Sequence record: KU686213.1
Length of the DNA: 64,000 nucleotides
Reading direction: 5' to 3' (one strand)
Positions 44,843-55,110 of the stretch are shown one piece after another. Each line of letters starts with the position of its first letter. The stretch's first letter is position 1. The position numbers and the translations under genes were made by a program. The notes beneath the pieces are model-generated. The model was not told the origin of the DNA. It saw only the letters and a list, made by a program, of their open reading frames with translations, and did not search any database.

Positions 44843-45493
44843 ATGAAACTAATCACAGAAGAAATTAACAAGGTTGAGTTTATCGTTGAGGAAATCGACG
44901 GTAAAAAGTCTATGTTTATTGAGGGAATCTTCCTTCAAGGCAATCAAAAGAACCGTAATGGTCGTGTCTATAGGACAGAGACCCTTGAGCGTGAAGTTGG
45001 TCGTTACAACGAGCAGTATGTAAATAGTGGTCGTGCCCTAGGAGAACTAGGTCACCCCGATGGACCTACTGTGAACTTAGACCGCGTATCCCATAAAATT
45101 GTTTCTCTAACTAAAGAAGGAAACAACTTTATCGGTAAAGCTAAGCTACTTGAAACCCCAATGGGTAAGATTGCTAAAAGCTTGATCGGTGAAGGAGTAA
45201 CTCTAGGGGTTTCTTCTCGTGGTATTGGCTCACTAACAGAAACCAAGCAAGGTTATAAGTTGGTGGGTGAAGACTTTATGCTTGCTACTGCTGCTGATAT
45301 TGTAGCCGATCCTAGTGCCCCTGATGCGTTTGTTCAGGGAATTATGGAAGGAAAAGAGTGGGTTATGGAGGGAGGAATCCTAAAAGAGCACGAAGTAGAT
45401 GGGGCTAGATCTACTATAAATAAACTAGTTGAGACAAGGGAACTCGAAGAGAAGAAAATTCAACTCTTCCAGAACTTTTTGTCCAATCTATAA
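44843..45493 (+). CDS. g21: Prohead protease gp21
   Basis: IEGIFLQ....NRNGRVY; ALGELGHP; GVSSRG.GS; DIVADPSAPDAFV. Confidence 0.97.
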   Translation: MKLITEEINKVEFIVEEIDGKKSMFIEGIFLQGNQKNRNGRVYRTETLEREVGRYNEQYVNSGRALGELGHPDGPTVNLDRVSHKIVSLTKEGNNFIGKAKLLETPMGKIAKSLIGEGVTLGVSSRGIGSLTETKQGYKLVGEDFMLATAADIVADPSAPDAFVQGIMEGKEWVMEGGILKEHEVDGARSTINKLVETRELEEKKIQLFQNFLSNL

Positions 45494-45564
45494 ATCTTAT
45501 AAATAATTGTAGATTTATACTGTTAAATCATTTACTCGTCGGTAGCAACTAATTTTTACAAGAC

Positions 45565-46710
45565 ATGGAAAACGTAGTAACGAAAGGTGCTAAGGCTGCT
45601 GAACCAATGGAAAAGGTTCCGACCAGCGTAGTTCCCGGACAATCAATCACTGATCTCGGTGGTCCAACCCCCGAGAACTATACTAACGAACCTGACGGTC
45701 CTGCCAAGCTAAAGGATGCATCTGCACCCCTTAAGCAGGTTAAGGATGTAGTCAATAAGGGCGCAGCTAGTGCTGATGGCATGAAGGAAATTGTAGGCAA
45801 GTCCGCAATCCCTTCTGGCGAAGGCACAACTGATGCTCGTTCCGCTGGTTCACAAGCTGAAAAGGTACCCGCTTCTGTAGTTCCCGGTCAAACCCGCAAG
45901 GAAGAGATCGAAGCTGAAGGTGAAGTTGTAGCTGAAGAGGAGATTTCTTCCGAAGAAATCGCCATGGCTGAACTAGACATCGAAGAAGACGTTACTGCAC
46001 TTCTAAGTGGTGAAGAACTCTCCGAAGAGTTCCAGAGTAAAGCTCGCATCATCTTTGAAGCCGCTATCCGTAACAAGGTTGCTGTCGCCAAAGAAGAGCT
46101 ACAAGCTGCATATGAAGAGAAGCTAACTGAAGAGCTAGCTACTGTTCGTACCAGCCTAAGTGAGCGTGTAGACGCTTACCTAGAGTACGTAGCGGACGAG
46201 TGGATGGCTGAAAATGCCATTGCCGTCGAACATGGTCTACGCACCGAAATGACTGAAAGCTTCCTAAAAGGAATGCATTCACTCTTCTCAGAGCATTATG
46301 TCTCTGTACCTGAAGAGCGTTTCGATGTTGTTGAGTCCATGGTTGAAAGACTTGATGAAATGGAATCAAACCTCAATGAGCAAATTGAGCGTAATGTAGC
46401 TCTTAACAGCCGCCTAAGCGAAGCTGTTTCTGAGACCATTCTCGCTGATGTTTCTGAAGGGCTCGCTGAGACCCAGAAAGATAAGCTCGCAGCCTTGGCT
46501 GAGAACGTTGAGTTTGATAGTGAAGTAGGTTATCGCGGAAAGCTAGAGTCCCTAAAGGAGAGCTATTTCTCTTCAGGCAGTTCTGCTAGTTTGAGCGCAA
46601 GAAACAGTGTCGAAGACCTAACTGAGGAAGTCGGTACTCAAGATATTAAGCCTGAGTATTCATCTCAAATGGCTTCACTCCTAGAGCATCTCGACAGATT
46701 TTCTAAGTGA
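45565..46710 (+). CDS. g22: Prohead core scaffold gp22
   Basis: LSEEF..KA..IFEAA; YLEYV..EWM.EN; acidic coiled coil; position. Confidence 0.92.
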   Translation: MENVVTKGAKAAEPMEKVPTSVVPGQSITDLGGPTPENYTNEPDGPAKLKDASAPLKQVKDVVNKGAASADGMKEIVGKSAIPSGEGTTDARSAGSQAEKVPASVVPGQTRKEEIEAEGEVVAEEEISSEEIAMAELDIEEDVTALLSGEELSEEFQSKARIIFEAAIRNKVAVAKEELQAAYEEKLTEELATVRTSLSERVDAYLEYVADEWMAENAIAVEHGLRTEMTESFLKGMHSLFSEHYVSVPEERFDVVESMVERLDEMESNLNEQIERNVALNSRLSEAVSETILADVSEGLAETQKDKLAALAENVEFDSEVGYRGKLESLKESYFSSGSSASLSARNSVEDLTEEVGTQDIKPEYSSQMASLLEHLDRFSK

Positions 46711-46765
46711 ATTTTAGATCATTAGATCAAACTTTAATTTTTTTCACCTAAAAGGTATTAATCAA

Positions 46766-48184
46766 ATGTATAACAATGCTAACGCAGAACAGCTCATGGA
46801 GAAGTGGGCTCCTGTTCTAGAGCACGGAGACGGTATCCAGGACGCACACAAGCGTGCAGTAACCGCACAACTCCTAGAGAACCAGGCTGTAGCCCTTCAA
46901 GAAGAGCGCACCTTCCTCTCCGAGACTCCTATCACAACTGGCTCCAACGCAACTCCTGGTGCTGGTGCAGGCAACGCTGGCTTCTCAGCTGACGCTACCG
47001 ATGCAGGTCCTGTTGCTGGTTTCGATCCAGTACTAGTGAGCCTAATTCGCCGCTCAATGCCTAACCTATTGGCTTACGACATCTGTGGTGTTCAGCCAAT
47101 GAACGGTCCTACTGGACTTATCTTCGCAATGCGTTCACGCTACGAAGGTCAGAACGGTCCTGAGACCTTCTACAACGAAGTTGATTCTGCTTACTCCGGT
47201 CAGCCCCAGAGAAGCGAGCAGTTCTATGTACAAGGTTCTGAAGGCGAGTCTGTTGGTCTAGGTACCACAGCACAGCAAGGTTCTAACCCAGGTCTACTTA
47301 ACCCAACTTCAGGCGCTCCTGCTAACCAGGTTGCGTATAACGAAGGTCAGGGCATGGGAACCGATGACGCAGAAGTCCTCGGTACCGCTGGTAACGAATT
47401 CCGCGAAATGGGTTTCTCAATCGAGAAGCTTACTGTTACTGCTAAGAGTCGCGCACTCAAGGCTCAGTACAGCATGGAACTCGCACAAGACCTTAAGGCA
47501 ATCCACGGTCTAAATGCAGAAGCTGAGCTAGCTAACATTCTCTCCTCTGAGATCCTAGCTGAAATCAACCGCGAAGTTATCCGTACAGTATACAAGACTG
47601 CTGTTCCTGGTGCTCAAGCTAACGTTGCTCAAGCTGGCGTATTTGACCTTGACGTTGACTCCAACGGTCGCTGGTCTGTTGAGAAGTTCAAGGGTCTTAT
47701 CTTCCAAATGGAAAGAGACGCTAACGCAATCGCTCAGCAAACTCGTCGTGGGAAGGGCAACATCATCATCTGTTCCGCAGATGTTGCTTCCGCTCTAACT
47801 ATGGCTGGTGTGCTTGATTACACCCCTGCTCTTAACGCCAACCTTAACGTTGACGACACCGGCAACCTATTCGCTGGTACTCTACAAGGTAAGTACAAGG
47901 TCTACATCGATCCTTATGCTGCTAACGTATCCTCACAGCAGTTCTACGTTATGGGCTACAAAGGTACTTCACCTTATGACGCTGGTCTATTCTACTGCCC
48001 TTACGTTCCTCTTCAGATGGTTCGTGCAGTTGGTCAGGACACCTTCCAGCCTCGTATCGGCTTCAAGACTCGCTACGGCATGATCGCTAACCCATTCGCT
48101 GAAGGTGCAAACCAAGGCTTGGGTGCTCTTCGTACCAACAGCAACGTCTACTACCGCCGCGTACAGGTCAAGAACCTTATGTAA
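46766..48184 (+). CDS. g23: Major capsid protein gp23
   Basis: FDPVL.SLIRRSMPNL.AYDICGVQPM.GPTGLIFAMRSRY; ELAQDLKAIHGL; QPRIGFKTRYG. Confidence 0.98.
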   Translation: MYNNANAEQLMEKWAPVLEHGDGIQDAHKRAVTAQLLENQAVALQEERTFLSETPITTGSNATPGAGAGNAGFSADATDAGPVAGFDPVLVSLIRRSMPNLLAYDICGVQPMNGPTGLIFAMRSRYEGQNGPETFYNEVDSAYSGQPQRSEQFYVQGSEGESVGLGTTAQQGSNPGLLNPTSGAPANQVAYNEGQGMGTDDAEVLGTAGNEFREMGFSIEKLTVTAKSRALKAQYSMELAQDLKAIHGLNAEAELANILSSEILAEINREVIRTVYKTAVPGAQANVAQAGVFDLDVDSNGRWSVEKFKGLIFQMERDANAIAQQTRRGKGNIIICSADVASALTMAGVLDYTPALNANLNVDDTGNLFAGTLQGKYKVYIDPYAANVSSQQFYVMGYKGTSPYDAGLFYCPYVPLQMVRAVGQDTFQPRIGFKTRYGMIANPFAEGANQGLGALRTNSNVYYRRVQVKNLM

Positions 48185-48220
48185 GTTAAACTCCGACGAG
48201 TTAATCTTCACAGTACTAAG

Positions 48221-48246
48221 GGGGCTCCGAAAGGGGCTCCTTTTTT
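48221..48246 (+). terminator. Intrinsic terminator after g23
   Basis: GGGGCTCC-GAAA-GGGGCTCC (G-U pairs) followed by T6. Confidence 0.85.
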
Positions 48247-48284
48247 ATGCCTCTAAATAGTACACGGTCTATTATATTATTAGA

Positions 48285-48851
48285 GTGCCTGACATCTATT
48301 ACAAGCAGATAACCAATAGGAACTATATGAGTCCTCTTGGCTTTGACTTTACCATTGCTAGATTCCCAAAGGTATCATTCTTTGCAAATACCGCATCACT
48401 TCCTCAAATCTCTTTAGGTGGAGCGGAGCAATCGAATTACCTAAAGCAGCTTATGCATCCAGGAGATCGTGTTGAGTATGGTGAACTACCTATTCAATTT
48501 CTAGTTGACGAGGATATGATCAACTATACTCTAATTCATAATTGGATGACTGGATTAGGATTTCCTGAATCTTGTCAGCAGTTTTTGGAACAAACTACCG
48601 ATGATTCTGGAGATAGGGATCTTGAATTGCAGTATAGTGATGCTTCATTAAGAATTCTAAACAGCAATTACAATACGATATCTCAACTTAAGTTTTGGAG
48701 TATTTTTCCAACATCATTGTCATCCCTTGACTTTACAACCTCCGATACGGATGTTAATTACTTCACTGCTAATGTAACATTCCAATTCCTGTATATGCAA
48801 ATTTTAGATAAGGATGGTAAAGCCTTATCACCTGATTATGTTAACTCGTGA
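48285..48851 (+). CDS. g3: Tail completion / sheath stabilizer gp3
   Basis: NRNY.SP.GF.F.I...PKVSFF; FLVDED..NY..IHNW.TGLGFPE; GTG start; late promoter at 48253. Confidence 0.88.
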   Translation: MPDIYYKQITNRNYMSPLGFDFTIARFPKVSFFANTASLPQISLGGAEQSNYLKQLMHPGDRVEYGELPIQFLVDEDMINYTLIHNWMTGLGFPESCQQFLEQTTDDSGDRDLELQYSDASLRILNSNYNTISQLKFWSIFPTSLSSLDFTTSDTDVNYFTANVTFQFLYMQILDKDGKALSPDYVNS

Positions 48852-48861
48852 CTTTTAATTA

Positions 48862-49296
48862 ATGAATTTAGAAAAAATCCAGGAAATGTGGGAAGCTGAT
48901 TCCAAGATTGATATGGATAATCTCCACGATGAATCAATCAAAATCCCACAGCTACATCAAAAGTATTACACACTGTATACTACAATTAAACTTCTACGGA
49001 CAAAATGTAATGATACTCTAGCTAAAACTAGGTTAGAGAGATACAACTACTACAGTGGTAAGGCACCAGCAGAAGCATATGTCGAAGAGCCATTCCCATA
49101 TAAGGTAAGGGATAAGGAGTCAATGTCTATGCATTTGAATGCCGATGATAAGCTAGCAAAAATCAAGCTTAAAATGGATTACTATGATGTGATGATTTCT
49201 TTCTTGGAAGATATTCTAAAGATGATTCACAATAGAGGCTATCAAGTAAAAAATAGTATTGACTTTCTCAAATTTCAATCTGGTATGGGGTTCTAA
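48862..49296 (+). CDS. uvsY: Recombination mediator UvsY
   Basis: LH.ES.KIPQLH.KYY; YYSGKA; RGYQ.KN.IDF.KF. Confidence 0.92.
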   Translation: MNLEKIQEMWEADSKIDMDNLHDESIKIPQLHQKYYTLYTTIKLLRTKCNDTLAKTRLERYNYYSGKAPAEAYVEEPFPYKVRDKESMSMHLNADDKLAKIKLKMDYYDVMISFLEDILKMIHNRGYQVKNSIDFLKFQSGMGF

Positions 49297-49487
49297 TGGA
49301 TAATATTCCTGACTATACAGTAGATCTTACAATTGAAGACATTAGGCTTATGCATCAATGCATTGAGTATCGTATTAAGTATTGGGAAGGATCCCCAGCA
49401 AGACCACCAGAGGAGCAGGAGCATCTTTGGAAGGTTAGAGATTCTCTCTATGCGATGATGCTTGACTATACTTTTCACAATTTGTAA
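49296..49487 (+). CDS. Small hypothetical protein, 63 aa
   Basis: W.G.PARP.EEQE.L motif; coupled to uvsY. Confidence 0.7.
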   Translation: MDNIPDYTVDLTIEDIRLMHQCIEYRIKYWEGSPARPPEEQEHLWKVRDSLYAMMLDYTFHNL

Positions 49488-49531
49488 CCTCCTGAACATC
49501 GGCTAAATAACTTTAGCTGATGTTTTTTTTA

Positions 49532-50992
49532 ATGTCCGACTTGATTATCAGCAAGAAGAACGAGGTGTTTCTTCAAATTGATTGTGAGCCACATATTCAA
49601 TATGAGTTGCGTGATGCATTCTCATTTGAGGTTCCTGGTGCTAAGTTCCATCCATCATTCCGTAAGAGGCATTGGGATGGGACAATTAATTTATTTTCCC
49701 CACAAACCAAACAGATCTATGTTGGGTTGCTAGATCGTGTTATTGCGTTTTGTGAACAGTATGGTTATACATATGAATTCAGGGACAATAAGTTTTATGG
49801 ATTGCCTTATGAAGAAAATGAAGAGATCTCTCCTATTGGTGTTACTGATTGGGTTAAATCCATTACTTCTTATAAGCCCAGAGATTATCAGCTCCACGGG
49901 ATCTATACCGCTCTCAAATCAAATAGGAAACTTATCGTTTCTCCAACTGCGTCTGGTAAGTCGCTAATGATCTATGCCCTAGTGGCATACTATGCTCAAC
50001 GCAATGAGAATATTCTTATTGTAGTTCCTACTACATCTTTGGTAGAACAAATGTATAAGGACTTTGAGGATTATGGATTTGATGTTGGTTCTTATTGCCA
50101 TAAGATCTATGGTGGCAAAGAACTTAAAACTGATAAGCAAGTCACTATTACCACTTGGCAGTCTGTATACAAATTACCTAAACCATTCTTCCAAAAGTTT
50201 AATGTAGTTATTGGTGATGAGGCACATAACTTTAAGTCAAAGAGTTTAGTTAGTATTATGACTAAGCTATGTGACGCAAAGTATCGCTTTGGTTTCACAG
50301 GTACTCTTGATGGAACACAGACAAATAAGCTTGTATTAGAGGGACTATTCGGTCCAGCATATAACACCATTAGAACAAAGGAGCTAATGGAAGCTGGTCA
50401 CGTAGCTAAACTTGATATAAAAGTTCTCTTATTAAAGCATGATGAGCAAACATTTAATAGGTATGAGGATGAGATTCAGTATCTTATCGGACATGAGAGA
50501 AGAAACAAATTTATTAGCAATCTAGCATTAGGTTTGGAAGGTAATACTTTGGTTCTATTCACAAGAGTAGAAAATCACGGTAAACTCCTTCACGATCTTA
50601 TAAATAATAAGAAAGATGAGAAACACCAAGTATTCTTCGTACATGGTGGTGTTGATGTAGAAGAACGAGAACAAGTACGAGAGATCACAGAAAGAGAAAA
50701 CAATGCGATTATCATCGCATCCTACGGTGTATTCAGTACTGGTATCAATATTAAAAATCTACACAATGTAATTTTTGCTTCTCCATCTAAATCTCGTATA
50801 CGTAATTTACAAAGTATAGGACGTGTTCTTAGAAAAGGTGCTAATAAAGATAAGGCTATGTTATATGATATAGCTGATGATACGACAAAGAATGGTAAAA
50901 AGAACTACACTCTTAATCACTTAATTGAACGTATTAAAACATATAACGAAGAAAAATTTAATTATGACATAATCAATGTTAATTTACGGTAA
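49532..50992 (+). CDS. uvsW: DNA helicase UvsW (SF2)
   Basis: SPTASGKS, IGDEAH, GFTGT, LQSIGRVLR; start ATG 49532. Confidence 0.96.
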   Translation: MSDLIISKKNEVFLQIDCEPHIQYELRDAFSFEVPGAKFHPSFRKRHWDGTINLFSPQTKQIYVGLLDRVIAFCEQYGYTYEFRDNKFYGLPYEENEEISPIGVTDWVKSITSYKPRDYQLHGIYTALKSNRKLIVSPTASGKSLMIYALVAYYAQRNENILIVVPTTSLVEQMYKDFEDYGFDVGSYCHKIYGGKELKTDKQVTITTWQSVYKLPKPFFQKFNVVIGDEAHNFKSKSLVSIMTKLCDAKYRFGFTGTLDGTQTNKLVLEGLFGPAYNTIRTKELMEAGHVAKLDIKVLLLKHDEQTFNRYEDEIQYLIGHERRNKFISNLALGLEGNTLVLFTRVENHGKLLHDLINNKKDEKHQVFFVHGGVDVEEREQVREITERENNAIIIASYGVFSTGINIKNLHNVIFASPSKSRIRNLQSIGRVLRKGANKDKAMLYDIADDTTKNGKKNYTLNHLIERIKTYNEEKFNYDIINVNLR

Positions 50993-50997
50993 GTATT

Positions 50998-51423
50998 ATG
51001 ACTGATAAGAAGATAGCATCTATTAAACTAGTATCGGGTGAAGAAGTTGTATGTACATTACTGAGTATTGAAAAGGATGGTTCTTATACAATCTTATCTT
51101 TTACCAATCCATTAAGAATACAATTACGGGATAGAAGGAGGAACAAAAGGTATTCATTAGAGCCTTGGTTGTGTCTTAAAAATGATACGATTCATTGTAT
51201 TGATGTTACTAAAATTATTACAGTAAATGAAATTACTGATGAGGATGTTCTTAGTGACTATAACTCATACTACAGGAAAAAGATTAACTTAATGCCTAAA
51301 CCTAAAAGGGAGATATCAACTTCTAATAAAATAGGTTATGTAGGTAATACAAAAGACTTTAAAGATGTTCTAGAAAAACTCTATAGAGATACTGATTCAT
51401 ATGAGAAGCCAACTGACGTATAA
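50998..51423 (+). CDS. Conserved hypothetical protein (Sm-like N-terminus), 141 aa
   Basis: ASIKLVSGEEV; usual position between uvsW and g55. Confidence 0.75.
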   Translation: MTDKKIASIKLVSGEEVVCTLLSIEKDGSYTILSFTNPLRIQLRDRRRNKRYSLEPWLCLKNDTIHCIDVTKIITVNEITDEDVLSDYNSYYRKKINLMPKPKREISTSNKIGYVGNTKDFKDVLEKLYRDTDSYEKPTDV

Positions 51424-51440
51424 GTATCTCTATGTCTCTC

Positions 51441-51477
51441 TAAGTACTTAAAGTGTCTTATCAACCTCGACAAGGCT
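51441..51477. repeat. 37-bp block, copy B (copy A at 3678-3714)
   Basis: Direct sequence identity, 36/37. Confidence 0.95.
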
Positions 51478-51478
51478 G

Positions 51479-51507
51479 ATTGTACTCCATTTTGAGACCC
51501 TTGTCAA
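51479..51507 (-). promoter_or_regulatory. Minus-strand sigma70 promoter TTGACA-N17-TACAAT, divergent from g55
   Basis: TGTCAA at 51502-51507, ATTGTA at 51479-51484. Confidence 0.8.
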
Positions 51508-51530
51508 GTCTTTACCATTTATTGTGAATC

Positions 51531-51541
51531 TGTGCTATAAT
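51531..51541 (+). promoter_or_regulatory. Extended -10 promoter TGTGCTATAAT for g55 (same motif at 57971-57981 and 60625-60635)
   Basis: TGnTATAAT; ATAATGTGCTATAAT is identical at 57967 and 60621. Confidence 0.7.
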
Positions 51542-51567
51542 GTACACATATAAGCAGTAGAAGTGCT

Positions 51568-52044
51568 ATGGCTAAAGCTAAAACTGAACATTACGTTAAC
51601 AATAGAGATTTTCTTGATGCTCTTATCGAGTACCGAGAGAAGGTAGCTGAAGCTGCTGCTAATGATCGCCCTAAGCCTAGGATTACTAACTATATTGGGT
51701 CTTGCTTCCTTAAGATTGCTACCCACCTTAGCTATAAGTCTAACTTCGTAAACTATATGTACCGTGAGGATATGATCTCCGACGGTATTGAGAACTGCGT
51801 ACAATACATCCATAACTTTGACCCAGCTAAGTCAAAGAACCCATTCGCATACTTCACCCAGATTAGCTACTTCGCATTCCTACGTCGTATTCAGCGAGAG
51901 AAGAGACAGCTTGATATTAAAACTAAGATTGTAGAGAAGAGTGGATTTGAAGCACTAATGACTTCTGATGCTAATCTAACCAACGAATACCGTAACGATT
52001 ACAACGCAATCAAAGAAAACATCATTACCAAGCTTAACTCATGA
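51568..52044 (+). CDS. g55: Late transcription sigma factor gp55
   Basis: HYVNN..FL.AL; YIG.CFLKIATHLSYK.NFVNYM.REDMI.DGIENC; KNPFAYFTQI. Confidence 0.97.
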   Translation: MAKAKTEHYVNNRDFLDALIEYREKVAEAAANDRPKPRITNYIGSCFLKIATHLSYKSNFVNYMYREDMISDGIENCVQYIHNFDPAKSKNPFAYFTQISYFAFLRRIQREKRQLDIKTKIVEKSGFEALMTSDANLTNEYRNDYNAIKENIITKLNS

Positions 52045-53096
52045 GTTTAGTTGCTATTATCACCGACACCCACTATGGGGCACGTAAAGGTGCTGACTAT
52101 CTACACAATCATTTTGAGAAGTTCTACTCAGAAGTATTCTTTCCTACACTAAAAGCTCGTGGTGTAAAGACTATCCTTCACTTGGGTGATGCTTTTGATA
52201 GTAGAAAATCTATTGAATACAATTCCTTACAGTGGACCAAGCGTGTAGTCTTTGATCCAATGAAAGACTTTGACGTTCATATGGTTGTAGGAAACCACGA
52301 CTGTTATTTCAAGTCAACGAATAGGACCAACTCCCCTGATCTTCTTCTACAAGATTATAGTAACGTTAAAACCTATTCAGATCCCACTGAAATCACAGTA
52401 AATGGTGAAAAAATCCTAATGTTGCCTTGGATATGTGACGAGAATGTTACTAGAACCAAGGAAATGCTTACTAATAGTGACGCAAAGTATGCTATGGGTC
52501 ACCTAGAACTCGGTGGCTTTGAAGCATATCGCGGTCATAAGTTTGAGGATGATAAGGGGCTAGTAAAGCCTTCTGAGTTCAGTAAGTTTGATAAAGTATT
52601 ATCAGGTCACTTCCACACAAGATCCGATGACGGTCACATCTATTATATGGGTAATCCATATGAGATGTATTGGAATGATGTAAATGATGCCCGTGGTTTT
52701 GTTCTATTTGATACTGAGACAGGTGAGATTGAGTATGTAAACAATCCAAACACACTATTCTCAATCGTATATTACGAGGACACAAAGCATCAATTATTCA
52801 ATGCTACCGAGTATCGGGGTAAGATTGTAAAGGTTGTTGTCCGTAAGAAGACCAAGCAGAAGGACTTTGATAAGTTCCTAGATAAACTATTCAACGTCAA
52901 TCCAATTGATATGAAGGTCGTTGAGAACTTCAATATCCAAGAGACAGAAGACTTTGACGCTAGCGATGCCGAAGAGAATACACTCTCAATCCTAAATCGC
53001 TATGTTGATGACGCTGACTTTGAGGATAGTGCCTTGGATAAGAATGAAATTAAAAACTTATTATCCACCATTTACCAAGAAGCCTGTGAGGTCTAA
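52041..53096 (+). CDS. g47: Recombination endonuclease subunit gp47 (Mre11/SbcD-like)
   Basis: IITDTHYG, HLGDAFD, VGNHD, GHLE, SGHFH. Confidence 0.95.
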   Translation: MSLVAIITDTHYGARKGADYLHNHFEKFYSEVFFPTLKARGVKTILHLGDAFDSRKSIEYNSLQWTKRVVFDPMKDFDVHMVVGNHDCYFKSTNRTNSPDLLLQDYSNVKTYSDPTEITVNGEKILMLPWICDENVTRTKEMLTNSDAKYAMGHLELGGFEAYRGHKFEDDKGLVKPSEFSKFDKVLSGHFHTRSDDGHIYYMGNPYEMYWNDVNDARGFVLFDTETGEIEYVNNPNTLFSIVYYEDTKHQLFNATEYRGKIVKVVVRKKTKQKDFDKFLDKLFNVNPIDMKVVENFNIQETEDFDASDAEENTLSILNRYVDDADFEDSALDKNEIKNLLSTIYQEACEV

Positions 53097-53392
53097 TGAA
53101 ATCAGAAGATCAATGCTATCTTCTAACTAGTGTAGATAGTGATGGTACCAACATATACTCTTTAAGAGATAATGGGAAGGAACCAGAGGTCCTTATTTTC
53201 CAAGACCGTGACGATGCCGAAAGGTATGCTATAATGTTAGAGCAAGACGACGGCTATATTGTTGGCGAAAGCTTAACTATGGATATAGCCGAAGTTGAAC
53301 TGGGTGCCGCTATTGATATTTTAAATGAAAAAAAACGTAATTACATCCTTGTAAAAAAAGAAGACTTATTTATTCCACCCCCTATTGACTAA
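53096..53392 (+). CDS. Hypothetical protein, DUF3110-like
   Basis: V.IFQDRDDAERYA..LE motif. Confidence 0.6.
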   Translation: MKSEDQCYLLTSVDSDGTNIYSLRDNGKEPEVLIFQDRDDAERYAIMLEQDDGYIVGESLTMDIAEVELGAAIDILNEKKRNYILVKKEDLFIPPPID

Positions 53393-53393
53393 T

Positions 53394-55109
53394 ATGTTGA
53401 TCTTCAAAAAGCTTCGTTATAAAAACTTCTTATCTTCTGGTGACTCTTTCACTGAGATAGATTTTCTTGCGAATAACACAAATTTAATTATTGGTAGTAA
53501 TGGTGCGGGTAAATCTACTATCCTAGACTCTCTCACCTTTGTTTTATTTAACAAGCCGTTCAGAAAAATCAATAAGCCACAGTTAGTTAATAGTGTAACT
53601 GAAAAAAATTGTCTTGTCGAAATTGAGTTTAGTAATAATAATCGTAATTATTTGGTTAGGCGCGGTATCAAGCCTAATGTATTTGACATTGAGGTTGATG
53701 GAAAGCTCCTTGATAAGAGGGGTGACGATAGAGACAATCAAGTCACATTAGAAGAAAACATCCTTAAAGTAAATTATAAGTCCTTTACCCAAATTGTTAT
53801 CCTTGGTAGTTCTACTTTTGTTCCTTTTATGCAGCTATCTGCTGCTCACCGTCGTGAGGTTATTGAAGATCTTCTAGACATCCGTGTATTCAGTTCTATG
53901 TCTTCCATTGTTAAGGATCGCACTAGGACTGTTAGAGATGAGCTAAAACTACTTGATCTTAAGAGGTCTTCCCTAAAAGAGAAGGGTGAGATGCAAGCTA
54001 AGTTTATTGATGATATTACTAAGCGTGGTCAAGCCAATATTGAGAAGAAGCGTGAGAGTATTAAGCAGCATATTCTTGAGCAGCAGCAACTCCAGGAAAG
54101 CTCTGTAGATGTTCTAGCCCAGATTGAAACTCTAACCGCTGAATTAGAAGAACTCAAAGGTGCTGGTGATAAGTTGCGTGAGCTTGGTGGTATGAAGGGC
54201 AAGATTCAGCAGAAGATTACTACCCTATCAAAGAATCATAAGTTCTTTAATGATAATACTAGTTGCCCAACCTGTACCCAAGACATTGATGAAGCTCTAA
54301 GGCAAACAAAACTATCTGAATTAGGAACAGAAGCCAAGACTCTCAAGACTGGATATCAGGATCTTGAAAAGGCTATTGAGGCAGAAGAAACTCGTGAAGC
54401 TAGTTTTACTGAAGTCTCTGGTAACGTTTTAGATCTAAATCGCAAGCTAAATTCAAACAATACGAATATAACTAATATCAATAAGAATATTAGTAACCTT
54501 GAAACGGAAGTTGAGAGTATTCGTGAGTCTATTGAAAACCAGGGAGAAGCTAAGGAGCAGCTGTCTAGTATTGCTACCAAACTATCAGAAGTGACTGATA
54601 AGAGATCTGAACTCAATACTGAAATGGAAAGGTATAAGTTTCTCAACGAACTTTTGAAAGACGGTGGTGTAAAGACCAACATCATCAAACGATACATCCC
54701 CCTCATTAATAAGCACGTTAATAAGTATCTTCAAATGATGGAGTTCTACATTAACTTCAACCTTGATGAAGAGTTCAATGAGACTGTTGTATCACCTATC
54801 CACGAACGATTCTCTTATGCTTCATTCTCAGAGGGTGAGAAAATGCGTATTGACCTAGCATTACTATTCACTTGGCGTGAGGTTGCTAGAGTCCGTAATT
54901 CAGTCAATACCAATCTACTAATTATGGATGAAGTATTTGATAGCTCACTTGATGGTTTTGGAACCGAAGAGTTCCTTAAGATCATCCGCTATGTTGTTAA
55001 GGATGCTAATATCTTTATCATCAGTCATAAGACAGAGCTACACGAGCGTTTTGATTCTGTTCTCAAATTTGAGAAAGAACGAGGATTCTCCAAACTAATT
55101 TCTAAATAA
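53394..55109 (+). CDS. g46: Recombination endonuclease subunit gp46 (Rad50/SbcC-like ATPase)
   Basis: GSNGAGKST; zinc hook CPTC; FSEGEKMRIDLALLF; LLIMDE. Confidence 0.96.
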   Translation: MLIFKKLRYKNFLSSGDSFTEIDFLANNTNLIIGSNGAGKSTILDSLTFVLFNKPFRKINKPQLVNSVTEKNCLVEIEFSNNNRNYLVRRGIKPNVFDIEVDGKLLDKRGDDRDNQVTLEENILKVNYKSFTQIVILGSSTFVPFMQLSAAHRREVIEDLLDIRVFSSMSSIVKDRTRTVRDELKLLDLKRSSLKEKGEMQAKFIDDITKRGQANIEKKRESIKQHILEQQQLQESSVDVLAQIETLTAELEELKGAGDKLRELGGMKGKIQQKITTLSKNHKFFNDNTSCPTCTQDIDEALRQTKLSELGTEAKTLKTGYQDLEKAIEAEETREASFTEVSGNVLDLNRKLNSNNTNITNINKNISNLETEVESIRESIENQGEAKEQLSSIATKLSEVTDKRSELNTEMERYKFLNELLKDGGVKTNIIKRYIPLINKHVNKYLQMMEFYINFNLDEEFNETVVSPIHERFSYASFSEGEKMRIDLALLFTWREVARVRNSVNTNLLIMDEVFDSSLDGFGTEEFLKIIRYVVKDANIFIISHKTELHERFDSVLKFEKERGFSKLISK

Positions 55110-55110
55110 T

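Noticed and set aside
38217-55109. Introns, inteins or homing endonucleases in g17, g20, g23, uvsW, g47 or g46
   Set aside because: All are uninterrupted, of ordinary length and lack intein or LAGLIDADG/HNH/GIY-YIG motifs.
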